From an uncultured Nitrospiraceae bacterium (GTDB lineage Bacteria; Nitrospirota; Nitrospiria; Nitrospirales; Nitrospiraceae), in the NCBI GenBank assembly GCA_963730935.1, contig CAVSTP010000002.1, positions 128,001-192,000 on the forward strand: DNA of 64,000 nucleotides, given 5' to 3'. Of this stretch, positions 10,253 through 20,525 are shown piece by piece. Position 1 is the first letter of the stretch, and each line of letters starts with the position of its first letter. The notes under the pieces are model-generated. The model ran no database searches. It was not told the origin of the DNA and saw only the letters and a list, made by a program, of their open reading frames with translations. A program made the position numbers and the translations under genes.

Positions 10253-11317
10253 TCAGCCCGCCGCGTTGTGCGCAACTGCCGGCATCGGCTCCCAGGTCTC
10301 CCCGCCATTGCGGCTTAGATAGAGGCCGCTGCCGTTCGTGCCTGCGTAGAACACCTCCGGATCCGTAGCACTCTGAGCAATCGACCGAATGTTGGTGCTG
10401 GCAAATCCTTTATTCTGCGTTCTCCAGGTCATCCCTCCGTCATCACTTCGGTGCACGCCGTCTCGCCCCGTGATATAGATGACGCCCTTTCTGCTCCGGT
10501 CCAAAATCATGGCCATGATCATCTGATCGGAGAGCGATTCCCCGATCCTCACCCACGACTTCGCCCCGTCTGTGGTTTTGAAGAGGCCCGCGAGGGTTGC
10601 AGCGTAGACGGTTTCAGGCTCGAACGAATCGACGTGGATGGACGTGACGTTCAAAGCGCGGGAGCTCTTGATGATTTCAGGCGGTACCAATCCGTTATTG
10701 ACCTTTTCCCAATGCCCGCCTTCGTTTACCGTCTTGTAGACGCCTCCGCTGGTGCCTGCGTAGAGAATGGCCGGCCGTGTCGGGTCCATGGCGAGGGTCA
10801 CGACCATGAGCACTTCCTTCATCCCTTCCATCCTCTTGCTCCAACTTCCGCCGCCGCTCTTCGTCTCGAAAATCCCCATCGTCGTTGCCACGAATATATG
10901 ATTGCTATCGTACGGATCAAACACGAACTGATTGACGACCGAAGAAATGGTCGCATCGTCCAATCCGGTGCGCATGGAGGCCCATCGCTGTCCGCCGTCA
11001 TAGCTCTTGTAGACCGCGTCGCCCTTCGTCCCCGCGTACACGGTGGCCGGATACGAAGGATCGACCGCCATGGCGATCACACGGGAATGACTCATTCCCT
11101 TCGAGATGTTAGTCCATGTTCGCCCGCCATCCCGCGACTTATAGATGTAATCGTTGGTGGTCACGTACAAGATGTCCGGATTTTTAGGATGGAGTTGAAT
11201 GACGACGATCGGCTCGCTGCGATCGCACCCGAGCAGACCAAGCTGGAGGACCAGGAACCCGACAACGGCCCATCGCGTCATCCACTCACGGCGTCGATGG
11301 ATGCCGTCGCCATTCAT
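10253..11317 (-). CDS. BNR/Asp-box beta-propeller lipoprotein (YCF48/sortilin-like)
   Basis: LLGC lipobox; repeated SxDGGxxW Asp boxes. Confidence 0.8.
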   Translation of the reverse strand: MNGDGIHRRREWMTRWAVVGFLVLQLGLLGCDRSEPIVVIQLHPKNPDILYVTTNDYIYKSRDGGRTWTNISKGMSHSRVIAMAVDPSYPATVYAGTKGDAVYKSYDGGQRWASMRTGLDDATISSVVNQFVFDPYDSNHIFVATTMGIFETKSGGGSWSKRMEGMKEVLMVVTLAMDPTRPAILYAGTSGGVYKTVNEGGHWEKVNNGLVPPEIIKSSRALNVTSIHVDSFEPETVYAATLAGLFKTTDGAKSWVRIGESLSDQMIMAMILDRSRKGVIYITGRDGVHRSDDGGMTWRTQNKGFASTNIRSIAQSATDPEVFYAGTNGSGLYLSRNGGETWEPMPAVAHNAAG

Positions 11318-11811
11318 CGATAATTGATAAACTGCAAGTCGATGCCGAAGTCCTTCCCTCGCAGAAAGGCGATCGCCGATTGCAGTTCGTCCTTGCTCTT
11401 GCTCAAGATCCGTACCTGCTCGCCTTGGATTTGGGCCTGCACCTTTAACTTTGAATCCTTGATCCCCTTCGCAATCTCTTTCGCTTTCTCTGTGGCCAGA
11501 CCGCTCTGAATCTTTGCCACCTGCCGCACGGTGCCGCTCAGTGCGGGCTCAATGGCCCCGTGGTTAAACGCTTTCAACGAAACGCCGCGTTTCACGCATT
11601 TCGCCTTGATGATCTCTTGCACTGCGTTCAACTTGTACTCGTCGTCCGACAGGACGACCAATTCCTTCTCTTTCTCTTTCAAGCTGATGTCGGTCTTTGA
11701 GTTCTTAAAATCAAATCGCTGCTTAATTTCCTTGGTTGCCTGATCAAGCGCGTTCTTCAATTCCTGCATATTCACTTCCGACACGATATCGAACGAAAAT
11801 TGGTCAGCCAT
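11314..11811 (-). CDS. yajQ: YajQ family nucleotide/c-di-GMP-binding protein
   Basis: SFDIVSEV, RFDFK, KVQAQIQGEQVR, LQFINYR. Confidence 0.95.
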   Translation of the reverse strand: MADQFSFDIVSEVNMQELKNALDQATKEIKQRFDFKNSKTDISLKEKEKELVVLSDDEYKLNAVQEIIKAKCVKRGVSLKAFNHGAIEPALSGTVRQVAKIQSGLATEKAKEIAKGIKDSKLKVQAQIQGEQVRILSKSKDELQSAIAFLRGKDFGIDLQFINYR

Positions 11812-11835
11812 ATCACACCTCCGCTCTGTTCCGGT

Positions 11836-13839
11836 TCAGCAACAACCTGTGCCGTGCGGCAGCCGGAAGCCGTCGTCGTCCTGTGTGACCGTCGCGTGCA
11901 GATTTCCAGCCGACCCGCCTCCGGCCATGACGACAATCTCAGTGCTGGTAAACGGCCTTTTTTGGATGAGATATCCGTACCATTGCCTCATGCTGTCGCT
12001 CAAGACCACCAATCCCAGAATCGCAACGATCGCCACTAACGCGGCATCGAGATACAGGGCGAGCGCTTGACCGGCGGTGAAGGTTCCGGCCGCTGCCACG
12101 AACATTCGGAACATTTCATAGGAGCCGGTGAGCGTAATCACGCCGACAAAGAGCATGGGCAGCGCCGTAATCCAGAGATACTGGGATTTTCGCATCTTGA
12201 TCAGCACAGTCGTGCCGATACAGAGAGCGAGCGTCCCCAACAGTTGGTTAGCTGCGCCGAACATCGGCCAGATTGTGGAAATGCTGCCCGTCGCAATCAG
12301 GGAAGCCCAGCCCCCGACGACGACGCCGCTGCTGAGCAACACTCCTGGCAGCCAATTCAATTGGCGGAACGATGGAGATACGCGCCCTGCCATTTCCTGA
12401 ATCAGGTACCGTGCAACGCGGGTCCCAGTATCGATGGTGGTCAAAATGAACAACGCCTCGAACAGAAGCGCAAACTGGTACCAATAGGCCATTAGCCCCG
12501 CCATTCCGGGCAACGCCGAAAAGATCGAGGCCATTCCTACCGCAAGGGAAACAGCACCGCCGGGCCGGCCGGCGACTTCGACCTCAACCAGCCGAGAAAG
12601 TTCGGCGATTCGGAACGGCGGGAAACCCATTGCCGCGAGCGCATCGGACGACAATGTCGTATTGATGGAGAAATAGTCCCCTGGCAAGAGCACCGTGGCT
12701 GCAACCAAAGCCATCACTCCCACGAAGCTTTCGAGGAGCATGGCCGCATAGCCTACGAGTGCCTGTGATTCCTGCTCAATCATTTTCGGCGTGGTGCCGG
12801 AAGAGACTAAGGCGTGGAAACCTGAGACGGCTCCACAGGCGATGGTAATAAAGAGAAATGGGAATACGGTGCCCGGAATGATCGGGCCTCCGCCGTCCAC
12901 AAACGTCGTCATGCGGGGCATTTGGACAGTTGGCGCCAGCGCGATGACGCCGAATCCGAGAAGGATCACGACGCCAAGCTTCATAAAGGTCGAAAGGTAC
13001 CCGCGGGGCACCAAGAGCATCCAGCCGGGTAACACAGAGGCGAGAAAGCCGTAGCCGGCCAGCAGCCAGACCAATGTCGATCGCTCGTACTCGAACCAGG
13101 ATGCATACGAAGACTGAGCCACGACACGGCCCAGCAGCACGGCGATGATCAACAATGCCACGCCAAGGAACGAGACCTCCGCAACGGCACCTGGACGGAA
13201 CTTCTGAAGATAGAACCCCATGACGAAACCGATAGGGATCGTCATCGCGATGGTGAACGTTCCCCACGCATTGTGGTAGAGCGCGTTGACAACGGCAAAC
13301 CCGAGTCCCGCAAGCGCCACGACGACAATAAAGAGGACAGCCAAAGCGGTCGCCGTGCCTGTCACGACGCCCAACTCGTCGCGGGCGATTTCCGGAAGTG
13401 ATCGCCCATTCCGTCGCATCGACGCCACGAGGATGACCAAATCCTGCACCGCTCCCGCCATCACCGCGCCGATCACCAACCAGAGAAACCCGGGGAGAAA
13501 TCCGAATTGCGCCGCCAGGACCGGTCCGAGTAAGGGGCCGGCTCCCGCGATAGCCGCAAAGTGGTGGCCGAAGAGGACGACGCTATTCGTGGGATGGAAA
13601 TTCACGCCGTCGTTCAAACGCACGGCGGGAGTAATACGTTGATTATTGAGTTCGATGACTCTCGAAGCGATCCATCGACCGTAGAAGCGATAGGCCAGTA
13701 CATACAGGCATGCTGCAGCGACAACCAGCCACAGCGCATTCACCTGTTCATGAGGAGACACGAGACCGGCGACAATGGCAAGTGCGCCGGCACCAAGAAG
13801 AGCCACGAATCCCCAACACAGGAGCTTGAGTGCCGACAT
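11836..13839 (-). CDS. cstA: Carbon starvation protein A (peptide/pyruvate transporter)
   Basis: VLFGHHFAAIAGAGPLLGP, ITIACGAVSGFHAL, SGTTPKM, IWPMFGAANQLL. Confidence 0.93.
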   Translation of the reverse strand: MSALKLLCWGFVALLGAGALAIVAGLVSPHEQVNALWLVVAAACLYVLAYRFYGRWIASRVIELNNQRITPAVRLNDGVNFHPTNSVVLFGHHFAAIAGAGPLLGPVLAAQFGFLPGFLWLVIGAVMAGAVQDLVILVASMRRNGRSLPEIARDELGVVTGTATALAVLFIVVVALAGLGFAVVNALYHNAWGTFTIAMTIPIGFVMGFYLQKFRPGAVAEVSFLGVALLIIAVLLGRVVAQSSYASWFEYERSTLVWLLAGYGFLASVLPGWMLLVPRGYLSTFMKLGVVILLGFGVIALAPTVQMPRMTTFVDGGGPIIPGTVFPFLFITIACGAVSGFHALVSSGTTPKMIEQESQALVGYAAMLLESFVGVMALVAATVLLPGDYFSINTTLSSDALAAMGFPPFRIAELSRLVEVEVAGRPGGAVSLAVGMASIFSALPGMAGLMAYWYQFALLFEALFILTTIDTGTRVARYLIQEMAGRVSPSFRQLNWLPGVLLSSGVVVGGWASLIATGSISTIWPMFGAANQLLGTLALCIGTTVLIKMRKSQYLWITALPMLFVGVITLTGSYEMFRMFVAAAGTFTAGQALALYLDAALVAIVAILGLVVLSDSMRQWYGYLIQKRPFTSTEIVVMAGGGSAGNLHATVTQDDDGFRLPHGTGCC

Positions 13840-14047
13840 GGCGAGCCATCCTAGCACAAAGCAGGGTTCGGAGCCTGCGGCTCGGTTCTCCTCCTCTCCA
13901 CGAGAAGTCTGGGGGCCAATGTCCTGATCCGAGTCAGCAACGAAGGACAGATAATTTTCCGCGGCGCCACGTCGAGTGGGGTGAGTTAGATGGGATACAT
14001 GAAGACATTCGACTGTGGTTTAGCTCCTGACGCATCCCTCTGACGGG

Positions 14048-14217
14048 GGAGGAAATTCTCGGCAAGAGGCGGGAATTTTCCGCCAGTTTCGTTACCGGGT
14101 GGTCCTGCGATTTCGCTGGATACTTTTCGTCACAAGGCCTTTCGATAGGAAACTGCATTGGATCAAGCACTTCGAGCACCCCTTCTTTGTAGGTATTTCT
14201 CTGGCCCTGGCATTGCA
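14048..14217 (+). promoter_or_regulatory. sigma54 promoter with upstream enhancer-binding-protein sites
   Basis: TGGccctggcaTTGCA (GG-N10-GC, 14202-14217); near-palindrome GGCGGGAATTTTCCGCC (14068-14084) and a related GGAGGAAATTCTCGGCA (14048-14064). Confidence 0.65.
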
Positions 14218-14259
14218 GACCATCAGGGCATGCTCACGCAGCTCAAAAGGAGATACAAC

Positions 14260-14370
14260 ATGTCACCTTTGATGTTGATGCTAGTTCTCAGCCTGGTCCC
14301 CTTTCCCGTTCTCGCGATCGCCATCCTTGCCGATCGCTGGTTAAAGGCGACGCAAAAGACAGTGTCTTGA
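14260..14370 (+). CDS. 36-aa single-TM small protein
   Basis: AAGGAG SD; MSPLMLMLVLSLVPFPVLAIAILADRWLKATQKTVS; first ORF after the sigma54 site. Confidence 0.6.
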   Translation: MSPLMLMLVLSLVPFPVLAIAILADRWLKATQKTVS

Positions 14371-14405
14371 CGGTCTGACTCCTCTCTTGTCGATTCACTC
14401 AAGGA

Positions 14406-14744
14406 ATGACGGAGGGATCGATGACGGCCCGACGCCGACAATTCCGTATGCCGGTTTCTCGGTGTGGTCTCGTGACAAGAGATCGCACCACCACGCTCTG
14501 CGAGATCCTGGACATCACCGATCAGGGCCTGCATTTCTCCACAGATCTGCTCCTCTCCGAGAATGACACGGTCCGAATCGAGTGCCAACTGGATGCCGAC
14601 TGCATCATGCAATGCGGGTTGGTCATCACGCATGCAGAACCTCCTCGCTTCGGCGGGCGAATGACGCACCTGCTCCCGGAACACCAGCAACAGCTAGCGT
14701 TGTTTATACAACGATTGATCACCTCCAGTATGGCGGGGTTGTAA
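14406..14744 (+). CDS. PilZ domain protein
   Basis: RRQFR and DITDQG motifs. Confidence 0.8.
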   Translation: MTEGSMTARRRQFRMPVSRCGLVTRDRTTTLCEILDITDQGLHFSTDLLLSENDTVRIECQLDADCIMQCGLVITHAEPPRFGGRMTHLLPEHQQQLALFIQRLITSSMAGL

Positions 14745-14746
14745 GG

Positions 14747-15805
14747 ATGCTCTCCTCACCTTCGGATCCGGCGCAGGCCAAAGACCCCTCATCCCAAGTC
14801 GTTCCCATCCTCTGTCTCCTCGGAGTGGTCGCATTGCTCAGTTCGATCACCCCGACCACGAAATATGTGTTTCAGCATAGCAGCCTTACCTTCCTCTCAA
14901 TCGCAAGCGGACGGATTGTCATTGGCTTCCTGTTCCTCGCGGCAGTGACGGCCTGTTTGGATTGGCAAGGATTGCGCTCGCTCAGCATCGCCGATGGGGC
15001 ACGGTTTGGCGTTCTGGGCCTCCTCGGCGTCGGATCCTACATCGTCGCCGCGTACGGACTGTTGTACACCGACGTCACGCACTACGCGTTGATCTATAGT
15101 CTCCTCCCCACATTTACCGCATTTTTCAGCTGGTGCCTCTCGAAGGACAGCCTGAACTGCGCCAGCCTGTTCGGCATCGTGCTCTCCTGGACCGGCTGTC
15201 TGGTGGCGTTGGTCCCCAACCTACAAACGGGATCCATTGAATTCGGATCAGGAGACCCCCTCGTCCTACTGTTCACGTTCATGATGGCGGCTCACCTTGT
15301 TCTCAGCATGCACATCGTGAGACGACATGGCGTCCTCACCGCCAATACTGCGATGTTCGGAATCACAGCGGTCTTCATATCGGGGGGCACGGTCGCATGG
15401 GACGAGCCGACGTCACCAGGGGATCTTTCCTGGACTGTCTGGGGCTCCGTGCTCTTCATCGGGCTAGGGACCGCCAGCGTGTTCCTACTGCGTTGTTGGT
15501 CCTTACAGTCCCTGACGCCTGCGACCGTAGGTGCCTATCACAATCTTATTCCGATCTGCACCATCGCGATTGCCCATTTGTCGTTGGGTGAACCTGTGAC
15601 CACCCAGACGATGACGGGGGCGCTGGCCGTCCTGCTGGGGACCGAACTCGTGCGGCGCAAACCGGCGTGGTCTGCTTTGTCTGCTCACAAGAGATTCTTG
15701 GGCCTAGCGTTCGCAGCCGGAAGGTCTTCAATCGCTTGGGGCGCATTGAGGAAGGCGGAGGCGGAGACTCATCGATTTCGCCCCTCGAAGGGGGGATACA
15801 TTTGA
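14747..15805 (+). CDS. EamA/DMT family transporter
   Basis: About 10 TM helices in two EamA repeats (LPTFTAFFSW..LSKD; LGEPVT); start after AAGG at 14747. Confidence 0.85.
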   Translation: MLSSPSDPAQAKDPSSQVVPILCLLGVVALLSSITPTTKYVFQHSSLTFLSIASGRIVIGFLFLAAVTACLDWQGLRSLSIADGARFGVLGLLGVGSYIVAAYGLLYTDVTHYALIYSLLPTFTAFFSWCLSKDSLNCASLFGIVLSWTGCLVALVPNLQTGSIEFGSGDPLVLLFTFMMAAHLVLSMHIVRRHGVLTANTAMFGITAVFISGGTVAWDEPTSPGDLSWTVWGSVLFIGLGTASVFLLRCWSLQSLTPATVGAYHNLIPICTIAIAHLSLGEPVTTQTMTGALAVLLGTELVRRKPAWSALSAHKRFLGLAFAAGRSSIAWGALRKAEAETHRFRPSKGGYI

Positions 15806-15832
15806 TCGGCTGCAGCACAGTACACTGGCCAC

Positions 15833-16198
15833 ATGGATGACATCAGGGCATACCATCGAGGTCTCTACCGCCTGTCGTTAACGTATCCCGCCATGTACTG
15901 CATCACGTCGACCGTCGGAGAAGGAACGATCACCAACCTGTCGGCCATGGGATGCTCGATCGAAACGGACGAGCCGCTCCCCACACAGCAGCACGTGGCG
16001 CTTCGCCTGCTCCTTCCCGACAAAACAGAATCCTTGGCAATCGACGAAGCCGAAGTCAAATGGGTCAAGGGCACGCGCGCCGGCGTCGAATTCATTCAAG
16101 TGGAGCGGAAAGCCAACTTACGCTTGCATTCCTTCGTTTGGGACAAGATGATCGAGCGGATTCAGCAGCTTCAACAACAGCGCGCCGCCTTATCCTAG
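15833..16198 (+). CDS. PilZ domain protein
   Basis: RAYHR and NLSAMG motifs; AEVKW..G..AGVEF. Confidence 0.85.
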   Translation: MDDIRAYHRGLYRLSLTYPAMYCITSTVGEGTITNLSAMGCSIETDEPLPTQQHVALRLLLPDKTESLAIDEAEVKWVKGTRAGVEFIQVERKANLRLHSFVWDKMIERIQQLQQQRAALS

Positions 16199-17200
16199 TT
16201 TTGGAGCGTCTCGCTTTTGTCCTCTTCCCATCGCCGCCAAGCAAAGCAGTCCGATTCCGATCCAGACTAGTTCTCGGAAACGCCGCAAGAGCGCGAAGGT
16301 AATCCCCGTGACGTCCGAATACCCGAAGGCCTTCAGCAACAATAAATTGCCTCCGTCCTGCGTGCCCAGACTCCCCGGGATAAAAAAAGTTCCGCCTTTG
16401 ATGAACACCGACAGCGCGCCGATGGAAATCGCGGACAATAGCGAGGCTGGACCTCCCAAATACAAAATGATCACATACACTTCCACGGCTTCCGCCAGCC
16501 ATCCCAGAAGGTAGAGCGCCGTGGCCGCGTAGAAGGCCGACCGATGGTGCATGTAGAAATTGAGGATGATCCCGTCCAGCGACCGCAATTTCTCCTCGCG
16601 GCTCTCGAGAAAGGCCACATGCAGACCGAGCCCGCGCAGCGTCCGGAGGATCCACATGAACAGCCCACGCTTCTGCACGAAAATGAAGGCTGCAACTCCG
16701 AATAACAGCAAGGCGACAGAAAGGAGGCTGGCTGCCGCAACTTGGCCGGATGATCCTTCCGCGCCCAGCATCCAGAACGCCAGCGCAATCCCCACCAGGA
16801 TGAATAGCACCTGGGCAAGCGTCATGATGGTCTTGGCGATCACGACTGATGCGAGTCCTTCGACCATCGGGATCTGGTGTCGCTGGAGAAAATAGGCCTT
16901 GAGCGGCTCACCGCCGACATACGCGGTGGGGGTCGTCATATTGACCACTTCGCCGGCCGTCCTGATTGCAAGAATCTTCCAGAAGGCAATGCCGTGTGCC
17001 GCTGAGCCTAGCGTGAGCTTCCACCCATAGGCTTCGAACACATACATCAGCAGCGAAGGGATCAATATGACGAGGAGCGCACCGGAACCGACTTGGGTGG
17101 CCGCTTCATAAATTTTACCTGGACCGATGTGCCAAACGAGGAGAGTGAGGGTGAGGAAACCGAGAGCCAATAGAAGATAACGCCACACGCTATGAGGCAA
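16190..17200 (-). CDS. Lysylphosphatidylglycerol synthase TM / flippase-like membrane protein (YbhN/HpnL-like)
   Basis: NMTTPTAYVGGEPLKAY, FIPGSLGTQDGG, LLRRFREL; multi-TM. Confidence 0.85.
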   Translation of the reverse strand: MPHSVWRYLLLALGFLTLTLLVWHIGPGKIYEAATQVGSGALLVILIPSLLMYVFEAYGWKLTLGSAAHGIAFWKILAIRTAGEVVNMTTPTAYVGGEPLKAYFLQRHQIPMVEGLASVVIAKTIMTLAQVLFILVGIALAFWMLGAEGSSGQVAAASLLSVALLLFGVAAFIFVQKRGLFMWILRTLRGLGLHVAFLESREEKLRSLDGIILNFYMHHRSAFYAATALYLLGWLAEAVEVYVIILYLGGPASLLSAISIGALSVFIKGGTFFIPGSLGTQDGGNLLLLKAFGYSDVTGITFALLRRFRELVWIGIGLLCLAAMGRGQKRDAPKLG

Positions 17201-17277
17201 GACGAAGTGGGACGAGCAAGGTTTGTGGCGACCAGACGGGAACGCTATGGCGGCGCATGACTTTCACTCCCAACCGA

Positions 17278-18672
17278 TCACGCAGACGGTCTGGTTGCAA
17301 TCGCGGCCGGCCGGATGATCCAAATCATGACTCCGGCGAATGCGAGCGACCCGATTGCGGCCAGCCACAGAAATGCTTCGAGCTTCCCGAGGAGGGCAAA
17401 CAGGAACACGACGACGGAAAAATCCCTGGTGGCGACGTTCTTCAACATGAAATCCGACCAAGCCGCATGCAACGGTGTTTTCCATTCACTGGCCGTCTTG
17501 ATTTTTTGAGCCCTGTTGATCAACAAAAACGACAGAGCGTTACCGCAAATGGCAGCAGCTCCGAGAGCAAGTGGGATCCAGGCGTGATCACCGCCGGCCG
17601 CCTCCCGATAGGCCCCGATGGAGATTCCACCGAAGATGGCCATGTGCACGACATTATCAAGTGCGAGATCCAACCATGCACCAAATGCAGACTCGGTGAA
17701 CGTCAAACGGGCGACTTCCCCGTCGCTACAGTCAATGATCGCCGCCAGTTGGAACAGCAGTGCCGCACCAAGACCAGCGGCATATGTCCCGAAGGCAAAC
17801 CCTGCCGCGGCGACAAGACCGATCACGGTGGCCAGGATCGTAATGGCGTTCGGCGACCAGCCGAGCGCAAGAAACGCTCGCGTACACCACCGCGATAATT
17901 TCCGATTGAAGTAACGATCGACGACGCCTTCGAACTCCCCTTTCAGCGACGAATATAAGCGACGCTCGGCCTGGCGTAAATCGGCGTTGGTGAGGACCGG
18001 CTGATACCAGCGGGATGAATCGTCGTCTCTCGTCGTCAGCAGGCGCACACGGCCATCTACAGCGGCTCGCTCCAGCCACCTGGCAATCGGCACCGTGTCA
18101 AACTCGGCCGCCAATCGTCCGACGGCGCTCAGCTCCGACGCCGGCATCACCATCACGTCCGCGATTGCGCCGATGCCGCCTGACCTCCATGCACGCGCCA
18201 CTGCCTCCGAACCGGTGTCTTCGGTGGTCGGCAGTCCCACGACAATCGCCTGGCCAGCACGGACATCGCGGCGCAATTCTTCGATCAGGGACCGGGGAAA
18301 CACTGTGCCGACCCCCGACACCAGGCAAGCCCCCCGCACTTCAGCGGCGAGCGATTCCCAGGTTCGGGGATCGTCCAAGGGGAATTCTCGGATTGGCATC
18401 CACCGCACGGGCACCGTCACGCGCGGTCCTTTGTGAAGCGCCTGCTTCAGTTGCTCTTCCTCCGGTCCGGAAAGGACGATCAGTTGCCTGATTCCGGCCC
18501 GCTGGAGCGTGAGGATGGTCCGCTGAAAGAGACTTACGCCTACGATCGGAGTGAGCGGCCCGACCGCCTTCCGCACGGGGGCGCCGAAAAGATCAATGGA
18601 GGGGAGCAATACAGCCGTTGATAGCCCTTGGAGTTCCGTGCCCTTGTCTAAGGTCGGTTCATTCATCGACAT
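17278..18672 (-). CDS. CDP-alcohol phosphatidyltransferase with a degenerate N-terminal NTP-transferase-like domain
   Basis: Signature DCSDGEVARLTFTESAFGAWLDLALD; SPNAIT; C-terminal TMs. Confidence 0.88.
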   Translation of the reverse strand: MSMNEPTLDKGTELQGLSTAVLLPSIDLFGAPVRKAVGPLTPIVGVSLFQRTILTLQRAGIRQLIVLSGPEEEQLKQALHKGPRVTVPVRWMPIREFPLDDPRTWESLAAEVRGACLVSGVGTVFPRSLIEELRRDVRAGQAIVVGLPTTEDTGSEAVARAWRSGGIGAIADVMVMPASELSAVGRLAAEFDTVPIARWLERAAVDGRVRLLTTRDDDSSRWYQPVLTNADLRQAERRLYSSLKGEFEGVVDRYFNRKLSRWCTRAFLALGWSPNAITILATVIGLVAAAGFAFGTYAAGLGAALLFQLAAIIDCSDGEVARLTFTESAFGAWLDLALDNVVHMAIFGGISIGAYREAAGGDHAWIPLALGAAAICGNALSFLLINRAQKIKTASEWKTPLHAAWSDFMLKNVATRDFSVVVFLFALLGKLEAFLWLAAIGSLAFAGVMIWIIRPAAIATRPSA

Positions 18673-18696
18673 ACGCCTTATCGCGCGACACTCACC

Positions 18697-19416
18697 TCAA
18701 AGGTTTGGGAGTATCTCCCGCTCTGCCTTCTCGATATCTACTGCAAAATCAATCTCGGTCCAGGGCAGCCCTCCAATGACTTCATAGCCTACCTTGACGT
18801 CGCGGAAGAACCCGATGAGCGCGTCTTCATAGTCCATGTGCCAGGCGTCACGATCCACGAACGTCCTCAAGGACGCCACGACATGGGGAGTGTCCGCATG
18901 GCGCACTTTGAGAAATCCGACGCCCTCCCCGGCCTGGTCATACCGCGACGGCATCTTTTTGGTCAGCGCGATTACGCGTCCACCTTCGGCAACGACCATG
19001 CATTCTTCGCCGGTCTGCTTGACGGAATCATCCATCAGTAAGGCGTTGGGATACGCCGACCGCACCAACCGGCGCAGAATGTCCCGGTGAAAGAGCACGT
19101 CGGCATCCATGATCACCACGTCATCATCCAGCGCCGTACGTGCTATCCAAAGTGAGGAAATGCTGCCACGATGGAACTGCTCGTTCACCAAAAACTGTAC
19201 GCGCACCCCGAAGGAGTTGGCCTCGACGGCCGCACGAATCATATCCTGCTGGTATCCGACGACAATATCGGCACGCTGCACACCCAGACTGGCCAGCGAA
19301 GCCAAATAGCGTGAGAGCAAAGTTTGCCCGCCGATTTCAATGAGGCATTTGGGACGGTGCTGCGTAACGGGCCAGAGACGCTTCCCGACTCCGGCGGCCA
19401 AAATGACGGCTTTCAT
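18697..19416 (-). CDS. Phosphocholine/phosphonate cytidylyltransferase (LicC/PntC-like)
   Basis: ILAAGVGKRL, PKCLIEIGG, GEGVG, WTEIDF; phosphonate gene context. Confidence 0.85.
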   Translation of the reverse strand: MKAVILAAGVGKRLWPVTQHRPKCLIEIGGQTLLSRYLASLASLGVQRADIVVGYQQDMIRAAVEANSFGVRVQFLVNEQFHRGSISSLWIARTALDDDVVIMDADVLFHRDILRRLVRSAYPNALLMDDSVKQTGEECMVVAEGGRVIALTKKMPSRYDQAGEGVGFLKVRHADTPHVVASLRTFVDRDAWHMDYEDALIGFFRDVKVGYEVIGGLPWTEIDFAVDIEKAEREILPNL

Positions 19417-20495
19417 CCAGGCTTGCCGATCTCTTCAAAAACATCGAGGAACTCCACGAACTGCTGTTCGGCGAGGGCGCCCATGTTGGCAATGCGGAAG
19501 ATCTTGTGTTCGAGATTCCCTTGGCCGGCATAAATCACGTATCCCCGTGCCCTCAACCGAGCATGCAGTGTCTGATACGAAAATCCCTCCGGCAGGTAAT
19601 AGGCGGTGATACTGTTTGATTGCCGGTCCGGTGGAAGCACGGGTTTGACGCCGATCTTCGCCATTCGCTCACGAATCAACATCGCCATCCGTTTATAGCG
19701 CTGAATGCGCTTGGCCACCCCCTCTTCCAGAAGTTCGTTGAGCGCTTCGTCGAAGGCGTAATAGATCTGAATTGCCGGAGTGAACGGTATGACCCCTCGA
19801 CCCTGATCATCGACGTAGTGCGTCAGATGCAAGTACCAGGACCGCTTGGGATAGGTGCGCATCCGCTCCAAAAAACCTTTGCGCACGAGGACAAAGGAGA
19901 CGCCGGGAAATCCCTGAATACATTTGCCTGCAGTTCCCGCCACCATGTAGATCTTTGAACCGGCAATATCGATGTATTCTCCCCCCAAGGCACTCACGGC
20001 ATCCAGAATGAAGACGCGGTTCAGTCCGTCAACGACTTCGGCGATGGCCTTCCCCGGATTGAGCAACCCCGTGGTTGTTTCATGATGGACCATTCCCACG
20101 GCATGGACTTCCGGGTGCTGCCGGAGAGCGAGACGCAGACGCTCGGGATCCGGCCGCTCAGTCCAATCATGCTTGAGCTCCGAGACCCCCAGGCGATGCA
20201 GCCCGACCATCTGCGCCATCCGCTCTCCATAGACGCCGTTATTGATGATCAAGGCGCGTTTGCCATGGGGGATGGATGACATCAAGGCCGATTCAACTGC
20301 CGCGGTGCCCGAACCGGTGATCAGGACGGCGGTATAGTCAGCTTCTGCTCCCGGCACAAACGCGTTCAACAGCTTATTCTGGATGCCGTGCTGTAATTCG
20401 GCGAAGTCCGACTCGCGATGGCAGATGTCGGGACGGTTGAGCGCCTGCCGTACACGCTCCGACACATTCACCGGCCCGGGATTTAACAACATCAT
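19413..20495 (-). CDS. aepZ: 2-aminoethylphosphonate transaminase (class V PLP)
   Basis: LLNPGPV, GSGTAAVES, NGVYGERM, HHETTTGLLN, DAVSALG, GKCIQGFPG, FRIANMG. Confidence 0.85.
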   Translation of the reverse strand: MMLLNPGPVNVSERVRQALNRPDICHRESDFAELQHGIQNKLLNAFVPGAEADYTAVLITGSGTAAVESALMSSIPHGKRALIINNGVYGERMAQMVGLHRLGVSELKHDWTERPDPERLRLALRQHPEVHAVGMVHHETTTGLLNPGKAIAEVVDGLNRVFILDAVSALGGEYIDIAGSKIYMVAGTAGKCIQGFPGVSFVLVRKGFLERMRTYPKRSWYLHLTHYVDDQGRGVIPFTPAIQIYYAFDEALNELLEEGVAKRIQRYKRMAMLIRERMAKIGVKPVLPPDRQSNSITAYYLPEGFSYQTLHARLRARGYVIYAGQGNLEHKIFRIANMGALAEQQFVEFLDVFEEIGKPG

Positions 20496-20525
20496 GGGTG
20501 TTTCTCTTTGTCTCTCTAGCGCCCG

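Noticed and set aside
13860..14047. Possible riboswitch or ncRNA upstream of cstA
   Set aside because: No aptamer consensus recognisable by eye; an Rfam search would be needed
19413..20495. phnW as part of AEP catabolism
   Set aside because: No phnX, phnY or phnA and no transporter; the context is biosynthetic
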